The notes beneath the pieces were generated by a model. It made no database searches and was not told where the DNA came from. It saw nothing but the letters and a program-made list of their open reading frames with translations. DNA of 64,000 nt from Prorocentrum cordatum (taxonomy: Eukaryota), in contig CAUYUJ010000003.1 in NCBI GenBank assembly GCA_963575745.1, forward strand, positions 248,001 through 312,000. The letters run 5' to 3'. The first letter of the stretch is position 1; each line of letters begins with the position of its first letter. The translations under genes were made by a program, and so were the position numbers. Shown one piece after another: positions 13,001-22,180 of this stretch.

Positions 13001-13700
13001 CATTTGGCGCGTGCTCCATGATGTGACCCGCGCGCCCGAGCATGATCGTGAGACTGTTGAACTCGGCCTCCGTGGCCTAGCATCGGGTGCCGCGGGGCTG
13101 GGGCCGCGTCATGATTTGGCCGCCTGTGACGCCGACCGCTCGGAGGAGCAGCAGCCAGCTGTAGACCTCCCAAGACATCGCAACTCCACCGTTGTGCGTA
13201 GGTCGGAATTGCAGCGTGAAGCCGCGAGAGCAGCGCGTTGTTGGCTTCGTTGCGCCGCCTCGAGAACTTGAAGAGTTCGCGGGTTGCCTGGATGCGCGAC
13301 CCCTCGCCGACTGGGCCGAACTGCGTGGCGATGAGCGCGACGAGGTAGGTCACAGCGTCCTCTTGCTGGCCGTTTACCATGCTTGCCCCCGTCATCTCGT
13401 TGCCGCTCATGGAGTGCGTGAGCTCGCGAGCGGCGCCGCCGAGGTTGAGGATGACGGCGCAGCGTTGGTGAGCGTTGCCCATGTCGGTGGTTAGCACGCT
13501 CCAGGCGACCAGGTCCTGTGCCCAGTGGCGGAAAGGATGCAGGACTTGCGCTCGGGTGACCAGGAGGGCGGCTGGTGGGATGTGATGGCGCCGCGGCCGC
13601 CGCCGCCCTGTGGGCCGGCTCCACCAGGCATCATGTCGGTGAACCAGAACAGAACGGCCGCGAAGAACACGAGGATGGTGCCACATAGCGTCAAGATGGA
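10100..13700 (-). mobile_element. Decayed LTR-retrotransposon internal region (Copia-like gag and protease remnants)
   Basis: Frameshifted gag-like N-terminus (PPSWSPER / PFRHWAQDLVAWSVLTTDM...VILNLGGAAREL...RELFKFSRR, about 13000-13580) and protease-like IVDPAAWTNL (about 11170-11200). No LTRs or RT identified; the family call is from pattern recognition only. Confidence 0.5.
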
Positions 13701-14431
13701 TATCCTCCTCGATAAGACCTCGCCGCGATGATGGCTACGTAGGCGCCTTGGGACCTCGGCCTGCGCAGGGGCGAGCGCCATGTCCAACTGCGGTGCAACA
13801 GTGATGCTGCTGTTGTCGAACTTGGTCGATGCCGATGTCGGTGGACCTGGTGTGTTAACACGCGTTGTTCCCACTCGGATGGCGCGATGTGATCGCAAGG
13901 ACAGCCGGCACTATCGCGCACGTGCCGGGGCACGGCGCTAGTCCAAGAAAGAGCCCTGCAGTCGTGCCCGACGCGAAGTTGCGACCTTTCTTTGGGAGTT
14001 TGCGATGGGTCGAAGAACTTCGTGGCGGTCCTGAGGGTGAGTCGTTCCTCATCGCGGTTGCGACTTCTGCTTTTGCCCTCGCAGTCGGACCTGGTTTTTG
14101 ACGCGATTTGCTGGTTGGCGGCTGGCTTGCGGAGCAGCCATAACCACTGGCTTCTCCAGGAACGGGAGGTGGTACCGATACGGAATGGAAGGTACGTGCA
14201 AGTGCGCGTCCACACAGTATTCTTCGCACGTCCCGCGGATCGCGAGCTAGGATCGCTCCCACCTCCGCTGCCGACTAGAAGTGCGGGGGGCTGGAAGCTG
14301 TACGAGAGTACGCATGGCGGCAATCTGATGTTGAATGCGCTGTTAAACTCTCTGCGCAATATACAAATATGCGTCGACGCTCTGGCCAAACAGCGACGAC
14401 CCCTCCTATTCGACAGAGGGGGAAGACGAAT

Positions 14432-14560
14432 GGAGGGAGGAGGAGGAGGAAGAGGAGGATGAAGAGGAGGAGGGGGAGGAGGAGGAGGAGGAGTAGGAGG
14501 AGGAGGAGGAGGAGGAGGAGGAGGAGGAGGAGGAGGAGGACGCGAAGGAGGAGGGGGGAG
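14432..14560. repeat. (GGA)n microsatellite
   Basis: Directly visible. Confidence 0.95.
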
Positions 14561-14811
14561 GACATGGAGGACAACGGGGGGGGGGGGACCGGCAGGACCG
14601 ACGAGGGGAGCGGGCCCGGAAGGAGGGCGGCAGAGAGTGGTGCGGACGGCGCCGCCTTGGCGGACAGGTCTTGCTGCAGCGCGCGCTGCATCTCCAGCGC
14701 CTGTCCCAAAGGGGGGCCTCGGAGATTCGCTTCGGTCCGACGACCAGATCGCGTTTTTTTAGCGACGGCGGCCATTACCAGGGATGCTCTCCCCCCCACC
14801 TAGTAGAACGA

Positions 14812-14884
14812 CACGATTCGCGCTGGCGCCGTCTGGGAAGTGCTAGGAATAGTTCACTCCCAGACGGCGCTGGCACGAATCGTG
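14812..14884. repeat. ~30-bp-arm inverted repeat (hairpin)
   Basis: cacgattcgcgctggcgccgtctgggaagtg ... cactcccagacggcgctggcacgaatcgtg with a 12-nt spacer. Confidence 0.85.
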
Positions 14885-15664
14885 ACGGCCGTCATCGCCA
14901 GGGGAATAAAAAAACTGGCCCCTGGGGACGAGAAGCAGTACCAATGACAAGCCGTCGTGGGGAACCCGTCGGCGTGCTACTATTCAAGAAGTGCCAGGCC
15001 TCTGGGCAACAACGAAGGAGTAACACGCGGAGAGGCTCCCAACGCCGGCATGTCATTGATACCTTTTCTGGGGGGGGACCAACAGTACCGGCACCGCTAT
15101 TCCCCAGGCCTCTCCCAGGGTGCGTTCTCAGCAGAACTTCGAGGCGAATCCAGCGGTGGCCACGAGGGCCTCCCAGAATGCATAGAAAGGGGAAAACCAG
15201 GGAAGGGGAACGGCATCGGTACCTTTTCCTCCTCTGATTTTTCCTCCCCGAACGACGCCGACACGCAGAAAAAGACAATTTTCGACCATATCCAGGCGAA
15301 AATACGCGACGGCCTGTCTTGGGCCGTTTTCTCGGGGGCGCCCAACACAGGGAACGCGAATCATGGCCGGCGGCACGTGCGCGGCCCAGGGGGGGCCAGG
15401 GAAGGGACATAAGAAGAGGCGCCATGAAATCTGGGGAGATGTCATGGACTCGCCATGATACCCCCTCCTAGTCATCCCCCCTTCCTGGCCGCCCCTGATC
15501 TTCGGCCGCCATGGAGGCTGCTTCCCGGCACCAGGGCCGTCCACACAACGACGGAGGGCGGAACGCCAGCCCCTGGTGACACGGGTCGGAGTCCCCGGGG
15601 GCCTGTGTCACGAAATTCGGAGGCGACGTCGGAGGAAATGGTCGGGCCCAACTTCATCTATCGA

Positions 15665-16020
15665 GTCCTGATCCTGCTCCTGCTCGTGCTCCTGCTCCTC
15701 CTCCTTCTCCTCCTCCTGCTCCCGCTCCTGATCCTGCTCCTGCTCCTGATCGTCGTCCTCGTCTTCCTCTTCCTCTTCCTCCTCCTCACTCCTCCTCCTC
15801 CTCCTCGTCCTCCTCCTCCTCCTCCTCCTCCTCCTCCTCCTCCTCCTTCTCTTCGTCCTCGTCCTCGTCCTCGTCATCGTCGTAGTCGTCGTCGTCCTCC
15901 TCCTCCTCCTCCTCTTCCTCCTGCTCCTGCTCCTGCTCCTGATCCCCCTCCTCCTCCTCCTCCTCGTCATCCTCCTCCTCATCCTCCCCTTTTTCCTCCT
16001 CCATATCCTCCTTCTCTTTC
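15665..16020. repeat. Degenerate (TCC)n microsatellite
   Basis: Directly visible. Confidence 0.95.
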
Positions 16021-16087
16021 TCCCCTGCTGTCGTTGTCGCTGCCCTCCACGTGTGCTCATAGAGAAGCAGGAGGAGGGAAAAAGGGA

Positions 16088-16103
16088 GGAGAAGGAGGAG
16101 GAG
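16088..16103 (+). repeat. Left copy of candidate 16-bp target-site duplication of LINE-A (ggagaaggaggaggag)
   Basis: Identical to 23905-23920, including the gaa interruption of the GGA run; low complexity limits certainty. Confidence 0.7.
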
Positions 16104-16134
16104 ACCAGCGTACCCAGAGGTCAGCTCCCCGCGC

Positions 16135-19100
16135 CTAGCACGGCGCCTGAGGCAGCATGGGCACGCCTCCTGTCGAAGCTGTTGTAGCTGAGGCCGCCGA
16201 CGCTGCAGCCCATGATGTGCAGCGGATAGCCGTCGAATTTATATCATTCTTATTCAGAGGATGCTGAGTGCAGGGGGGAGCGAGAACGCAAGAAGGGACC
16301 GAGACGAGACGCAGAGAGCAGTGAGGACAGTGCCGAGAGCGTGCAGGTGAATCACGAACACGCCTTGAAAAGGAAAGGGACGAGAGAGAGACCCTCATCC
16401 AACAAGGGGCACTCTCCGCGCCGTGCGTGGGGCCGGGGAGCAACGGTGCGAGGGTCACTAACGGCGCGCCGCCGGGCAGTCCCCACTCGCACCGCGCCCC
16501 CCGTTGGGAAGACCACCTACGCCTGTACTTCCGCCCACTATGCAGGTGCCACGGGCTCGGGCGCCTGAGGAAAATGGGCAACAGGAGCCTTTTCCGACGG
16601 CACTCACACACATAGGGCAATCTGAGGGTGCCCCCAACTCCTGTACCAGGACTCGTACCAATAGAAGAAGAAAGAGTAGCACTGCATGACCATGACGACG
16701 AAATTCTCGTCGGAGGCGAAATCGAGGAGGAGGGTCCCGCCATCAGCGACGGACAGGGCGCAAACGAAGGGGCAGCAGCCGTCGAACACGGCCAGGTCGG
16801 GGAAAACGAGCACGGAGTAGTAGCGAAGAGAGAGGCGATCCGTGTCCACAACGGAGAAGCTCGTGACGACGGCGTAACTCTCCGAGACGGCGCAACTCTC
16901 GAGGATGGCGTGCAGCTCTCGAAGACGGCGCAACTCTCGTTGACGGAGACACTCTCGAAGACGGCGCAACCCTCGAAGACGGCGCAACTCACCATGACGG
17001 GGCAACACTCGACGTCGGCGCAATTCACGAAGAAGGCGCAATTCTCGATGTCTGAGCCCTTATTTCCATCAGAGGCGGTCGACCTCCGCACAAGAGACGA
17101 GATCTCGCAACTTACTCCAGAGCCCTTATTTAGAACAGAGGCGGTCGACCTCCGAACTCGAGACACAGGCTCGCAACTTACTCCAGAGCCCTTATTTAAA
17201 ACAGAGGCGGTCGACCTCCGAACTCGAGACGCAAGCTCACAACTTACTCCAGAGCCGTTATTTCCATCAGAGGCGGTCGACCTCCGCGTTCTAACGCCAG
17301 TGGCCGCAGGGCTCGAGGAGCACCCTGCGATCGAGACCTGGAGGAGGAAAGAGGCATGGTCAACGTCACCATCACCATCGGCGGCATCGCCATCATCGGG
17401 ATCCACTGCTGAGACGAGTGAGGCAAAGTAGTGCACCGACCCGTTGGCAGCAACGATGGGCAGGGACTCATCTCCATTGCTGTCCACAAGGAAGTCACGA
17501 ATACGGTGTGGTGCAGCGGGTCCCAAGTATTGCCTCATCTCTCTGCGAATCTCACGAAGGGCTTGGAAATGTCGATCCACCATCTCTTCCCAGAGCCCGT
17601 GCCGCGTCAAGGAGTTACGCGGGTCATTCAGCCACCGAAAGTAATCTACAGTATTGAGGCGCCCCTCGGTAGAGGTGTCCCAGGCAACCATGCAGATATG
17701 ACGAGCGAGTTCGTCGAGAGCACCACTCCAACCAGACGAATCCACCCATTCCATCGCCTCAAATTTGGCACGTACGTATGGGATGCACCACATCAACCAG
17801 TCGGCACGGCCGCTCTCGGAGTCATCCAAGCGCAAGATCCAGCGTGTAGCCCTTGGTGCAATACGTTCGCCGAAGACAACAGGTGTAGCATGCTCCACAG
17901 AGGAAGAATGTGGATGGCCCGCCAGACGCAGGATGTGAGTACTCGGTGACGGCGTCGACTTCGACGAGGTGGCATCGTCCAGACACCGCAACTGTTCAGG
18001 GAGAGAAGGGTCCTCACGAACGGGAAGCCCACCAGCACGAAGGCGTTCGACACGCCTGATGGTCGCACGATATTCACGTTCAAGCCGAGTAACATCCGCC
18101 TCGCATGCAGCTGGGACAGACATCGACGCTGCATGGACCGCGGAGAGCGCCACCGTGGCGGCAAGCGGCCATGGGAACATGGATGCCGCAGGTCGCGGCG
18201 AGGTGGCTGCGGGAGCGGACGCCCGCCCGTTGACGCCCTGCCTTGAGGGCAGGGCCTCGCACTGAGCCAAAGCGCCAGCAGGAATGGGCACAGGAGACAC
18301 TGGATGGGGACCAGGTTGGCCAGCTTCATCAGCGCTATGTATCACATCGTCGTCACACGGGGTGGGAGGGACCAGGTCAGGGATGGGGGCCGCAGCATCT
18401 GAACTCAAACAGGAGGTGGACGATGAGGTGAGCACATCCCACTGAGGCTGCCTTCGGCGGATCGTCTGGACAGCGGGAGGAGGTTCCCACCGTTTCAATT
18501 TGGCTGAAGGCCTGGCCAGACGAGAAGTGCGGACGGCGGCCTCAACATAACCACGCAACTGACGGGGAGTCGACACTAGAGCACCTTGCCGAGCATAGTT
18601 GAAGACCTGGTAATAGACATAGAGAGCTTCGAAGTGGTCAGGGTGGGGGTGGGTAAGGCCAAGACGCTGAGCCAGGGGGCGAGGCAGGGCACGCTGTAGA
18701 CCTTTGCAGACTGCCAGGTACAATTTAGGGCAGCGTAGATAATGTTGCAGCCGATCAGGGCCAGGGCATCCGAAACGACAGCGAAGTTTGCCCCTCGGGT
18801 GGATAATCCTATGTGATGTCAGCCATCCATGCCCCCAAGTCCGTAAGGCTGCCATCGCCCAGCTTTGCGGAACCAATGCCAAAAGCTCCTGAATAGCGGG
18901 CCAGTGGATCAGGTTGAGGAAGGGGAGGTAAGCTGTGAATAACGGGGTTAAGTGGCGAATCAGCATGGCAAGTAGAGGTTTGTGCGTACACATGTTCTGA
19001 CCCAACGAGCGGGCAGCAGCACGTTGCAGCTTGGGCCTTCGTGTCGTAACCTGAGCTTCCTCACGCATGGCAGAGCGGGCAGCGACGAGTAGGGGCTCTT

Positions 19101-22100
19101 GAGACCTCACGTGGACCAGCTCAAGGTGTTCAACGAACGCAGGGGATTTCCAGAACGATGGATAAACACGGGAGCGATCCACAGCAGCCAAGGGGATATC
19201 ATCAAACTTCCCTTCCACCACCTCTCTGTGCCAAAGAGAAGCCATTTGTCGCAGTAGCCGTAAGTATTCCTCAAAGCCCTGGAAGGTGTGAAAAGCAGCA
19301 CGTAGGTGAGCTGCAGTAGCATGGGCAGCCCACGATGGAATCTGAGGACCACCCCAGGCCGGGAGCTCCAGGATCGATTCGTTCGAAAAGAGGCCAAGAG
19401 GAGCACGGAGAACTTGGGCGATGGCACCACGCTCAATGGGAAGGAACCATTCGGGCATAGGGAGGAATTGGGCTACATACGCCAAACAGGGGTAGACCCG
19501 CGTGCGGTACAAGATACAATTCGTACAGACTGACGCAACCCCACGTCCCAACATCCGAGAGCGAGATCGTGCCTTCATAAGCGGGCCCCTCCAGTTCATG
19601 TCGACCGTCGCATCTGGGCCCAAGATCATCCCAAGATAAAGCAACCACCCCTCAACGGCAAAGCCTGACCAGTCACTCGCGATAGAAGCCAGCTGGGTCT
19701 GGGTCATGGTTTTCAGGGTTTCTGTCATGCGGCCGACGAGAGGGACCAGGGTGCACTTGCTGATCTTAATCTTGAGGCCCGCAATCTTTTCCATGACACC
19801 GAGGACCCGCACCAGGATGCGCAGAGAGGCTAGCTCATACAGGACAGCGCCTAGATCATCGGCACAGGCACGGCATATCCCCAACTGACGTTGCTCAATA
19901 CTCCGCTCGAGGTCGGCCAACATGGGGGAGGAGGCGAGAGCGTACAAAGACCCCGAGAGACCACAGCCTTGGATGATGCCCGAGCGGATCCAGAAGATGG
20001 TCGAGTAGCATCCCCCATCCAGGACCACACCTTCAACAGCCAAATACATCCAGCCCACAAAAGCGAGAATCTCGGCGGGGAGCCCAAGAGAGCCCAATAG
20101 CTGTAGCAGGAAGGACTGCGACAAGCTCGGGAAGGCCTGCCCGTAGTCGAACCCGACGAGGACAGGGTAACGACGCACAGCTAGGGGATGTTGCGATGCA
20201 AGCCGTGCATGGACATCCAGCTCAAGCACGTTGTAGCAAAAATTTCGTCCTCTAATGAAGCCTCTCTGGGAAGCAGGTGCAACGGCTTGGACGACAGGCT
20301 CGAGGACCCTGTTCATGACCGAGCTCAGGATCTTAACGTCGGTGTTACGCAGCCCCAGGACCCGTATCTTATCGGGAGACCGAGAACAAACCCCAGACGG
20401 CAGATCTGAGTCATCAGCACCTTTGGGGAGGAACGCCTGGAGGGTGACGCTGGCAGAGGCAAACAACGACTGACCTTGGCATAGCCATCCGAACATTCTG
20501 GCCAGGTGCTGGGCGCCGTAGTCGCACGCCGACCAGGCCGCATAAGGCAGCCCGTCGACACCAGGAGCAGAGTGACGAGCACGCCTGAGAACCTTACGAA
20601 ACATTGGGGTCAGAGGACAGTGCAGGTCGATGTCAGAGGCCTTGGTGAGGAACCTATCGAGGTACATCTGGGTCATGACAGGGTGGGGCTCTTTCTTGGA
20701 GAAGACAGGGGTCCAGTAGGCCGCCAGGGCCGCAGTGCGTTCCCGAACCTCAGAGATGGGGCCCTCAGGAGTATTGACCGCGGACAGTATCAGGCGCTTC
20801 GAAAACGGGGCCCATATGGAGGCCTTCCTTTCCATAGCTCGCAAGAGCGTGGCCGAATGAGGCCGCCAGGCAGATGAGGAGCCTGAAGGAGCACGATCAG
20901 CAGCAGCAGCAGCAAGCTCTTTTTCGAAGACCAGCCGATGTACTCCAGCGGCCCACTGCTCGAAGGACGGGGCGTGGCGCAGCGAGACGACCTGGCCGTC
21001 GACCATCAGGGCGTCGGCGGCGTGCTGGGAGGTCTCGATGAGCTTGAGGGCAAGGGCAGCGTCTTGACGCCATACCGCTCGTGCTATCCCACGAGCAACC
21101 AGCTGAAGCGTCCCAGGCAGGTCAGGGGCCGAGAAGAAGAGGATGTCGCGGGCCTCCCTGGCGGCCTCCTTCATCATGTACTTGTAGTGCTCTGTAGCCA
21201 CCGGTGGGCTCCATCGGAGCAGATCCTCATCACCATCAGCAACCATTCCTCGGAGTCGGCGCTGGAAAGCAACAGAGGTGAAGATGTGCTTGGGGATGGG
21301 TCGCTCAGCAGCGGGACGCACACCCCGAAGACGCAGCCGAATCGAGAGAGCAGCATGATCCGAGATGCCCATGGAGCACAGGTGCTCAGGCGTGTCCACG
21401 GTGTTAACCTCAGTCATGAGCTGACACATCATCCAGCCTGTGGCAGAACAGAAGAAGCGGTCGATGATGTTGATGGAATTGGTGAACTTGCAGAAATGGG
21501 TCGCCGCTTCGGAGTTAATCTCCATCATCTTGCCAAGTGTAGCCGCCCAGATTGGAGCATGTACTTTATGATCATGAGTCAACTGGCGCTGTACTCCAGT
21601 AGGTCGGTGAAAGATGAGAGAAGAATCGTAACTGTAGTTGAGATCCCCCAAGACAACCACAAAGTACGAGAGTGGGTCATCAGCAGCGCGACGAAGAGCA
21701 CAATCGATCTGCTCACAGACAGATTGTACCTCCCCCTTGGTCAAGCCGTGATTGTGAACGTTGAAGATCACCAGCTGTGTCTGCCCAAGTGCTACATCAA
21801 CACGAAGCACCCTGCCTCTGATCAGAGGCACCGCACAGCTACTGACCGAAGTGGATGAGAAAGGAGGAAGAATGACTGCAACTCCCCCAGAGCCGCGGAC
21901 AACCTCGCCGTCGTCATCTTCACAAAAGCTACTGTGGACAATGGCCGTGGAGGAAAGCCTGGCCACAAAGTCGTTCAGCTCAAATCGATCTGCATGCACT
22001 TCTTGGAGAGCCAAGATGGATCGCCCAGGTTGAAGTTTGCTTAGGTAAGATAGCTTAGGCGAGGCTTTCGCCCCACCAAATTGGAGAAGAGCGCGTGCAT

Positions 22101-22167
22101 TCCAAGTCATGAATGTGAGGCTGGCTGTGATCTCTCCGCCGACCTGCCCCACTGGAAGCACAAACAT
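16135..22167 (-). CDS. LINE-A ORF2: APE endonuclease, reverse transcriptase, Cys/His motif and long C-terminal extension (2010 aa from ATG 22167; frame open upstream to 23793)
   Basis: APE motifs MTWNARAL, LQEVH, LGDLN, IDRFF, SDHAAL. RT motifs APGVDG, QRGFIRGR, FDYGQAFPSL, GIIQGCGLS, CADD (19855-19866), YLGMILG. Cys/His motif CRFGCPGPDRLQHYLRC. Start codon uncertain. Confidence 0.93.
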   Translation of the reverse strand: MFVLPVGQVGGEITASLTFMTWNARALLQFGGAKASPKLSYLSKLQPGRSILALQEVHADRFELNDFVARLSSTAIVHSSFCEDDDGEVVRGSGGVAVILPPFSSTSVSSCAVPLIRGRVLRVDVALGQTQLVIFNVHNHGLTKGEVQSVCEQIDCALRRAADDPLSYFVVVLGDLNYSYDSSLIFHRPTGVQRQLTHDHKVHAPIWAATLGKMMEINSEAATHFCKFTNSINIIDRFFCSATGWMMCQLMTEVNTVDTPEHLCSMGISDHAALSIRLRLRGVRPAAERPIPKHIFTSVAFQRRLRGMVADGDEDLLRWSPPVATEHYKYMMKEAAREARDILFFSAPDLPGTLQLVARGIARAVWRQDAALALKLIETSQHAADALMVDGQVVSLRHAPSFEQWAAGVHRLVFEKELAAAAADRAPSGSSSAWRPHSATLLRAMERKASIWAPFSKRLILSAVNTPEGPISEVRERTAALAAYWTPVFSKKEPHPVMTQMYLDRFLTKASDIDLHCPLTPMFRKVLRRARHSAPGVDGLPYAAWSACDYGAQHLARMFGWLCQGQSLFASASVTLQAFLPKGADDSDLPSGVCSRSPDKIRVLGLRNTDVKILSSVMNRVLEPVVQAVAPASQRGFIRGRNFCYNVLELDVHARLASQHPLAVRRYPVLVGFDYGQAFPSLSQSFLLQLLGSLGLPAEILAFVGWMYLAVEGVVLDGGCYSTIFWIRSGIIQGCGLSGSLYALASSPMLADLERSIEQRQLGICRACADDLGAVLYELASLRILVRVLGVMEKIAGLKIKISKCTLVPLVGRMTETLKTMTQTQLASIASDWSGFAVEGWLLYLGMILGPDATVDMNWRGPLMKARSRSRMLGRGVASVCTNCILYRTRVYPCLAYVAQFLPMPEWFLPIERGAIAQVLRAPLGLFSNESILELPAWGGPQIPSWAAHATAAHLRAAFHTFQGFEEYLRLLRQMASLWHREVVEGKFDDIPLAAVDRSRVYPSFWKSPAFVEHLELVHVRSQEPLLVAARSAMREEAQVTTRRPKLQRAAARSLGQNMCTHKPLLAMLIRHLTPLFTAYLPFLNLIHWPAIQELLALVPQSWAMAALRTWGHGWLTSHRIIHPRGKLRCRFGCPGPDRLQHYLRCPKLYLAVCKGLQRALPRPLAQRLGLTHPHPDHFEALYVYYQVFNYARQGALVSTPRQLRGYVEAAVRTSRLARPSAKLKRWEPPPAVQTIRRRQPQWDVLTSSSTSCLSSDAAAPIPDLVPPTPCDDDVIHSADEAGQPGPHPVSPVPIPAGALAQCEALPSRQGVNGRASAPAATSPRPAASMFPWPLAATVALSAVHAASMSVPAACEADVTRLEREYRATIRRVERLRAGGLPVREDPSLPEQLRCLDDATSSKSTPSPSTHILRLAGHPHSSSVEHATPVVFGERIAPRATRWILRLDDSESGRADWLMWCIPYVRAKFEAMEWVDSSGWSGALDELARHICMVAWDTSTEGRLNTVDYFRWLNDPRNSLTRHGLWEEMVDRHFQALREIRREMRQYLGPAAPHRIRDFLVDSNGDESLPIVAANGSVHYFASLVSAVDPDDGDAADGDGDVDHASFLLQVSIAGCSSSPAATGVRTRRSTASDGNNGSGVSCELASRVRRSTASVLNKGSGVSCEPVSRVRRSTASVLNKGSGVSCEISSLVRRSTASDGNKGSDIENCAFFVNCADVECCPVMVSCAVFEGCAVFESVSVNESCAVFESCTPSSRVAPSRRVTPSSRASPLWTRIASLFATTPCSFSPTWPCSTAAAPSFAPCPSLMAGPSSSISPPTRISSSWSCSATLSSSIGTSPGTGVGGTLRLPYVCECRRKRLLLPIFLRRPSPWHLHSGRKYRRRWSSQRGARCEWGLPGGAPLVTLAPLLPGPTHGAESAPCWMRVSLSSLSFSRRVRDSPARSRHCPHCSLRLVSVPSCVLAPPCTQHPLNKNDINSTAIRCTSWAAASAASATTASTGGVPMLPQAPC
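17054..17288. repeat. 66-bp tandem repeat (~3.5 copies) inside LINE-A ORF2, with adjacent 18-bp-period repeats at about 16870-17045
   Basis: Units start at 17054, 17120, 17186 and 17252. Confidence 0.92.
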
Positions 22168-22180
22168 ATCAGTGATGGCG

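Noticed and set aside
9480..14430. Paired LTRs around the Copia-like remnant
   Set aside because: No matching terminal direct repeats were found by eye.
16135..18480. Cytosine DNA methyltransferase cargo in LINE-A
   Set aside because: Retrotransposon-borne methyltransferases are known in dinoflagellates, but no ordered FxGxG, PC and ENV motif set is visible here.
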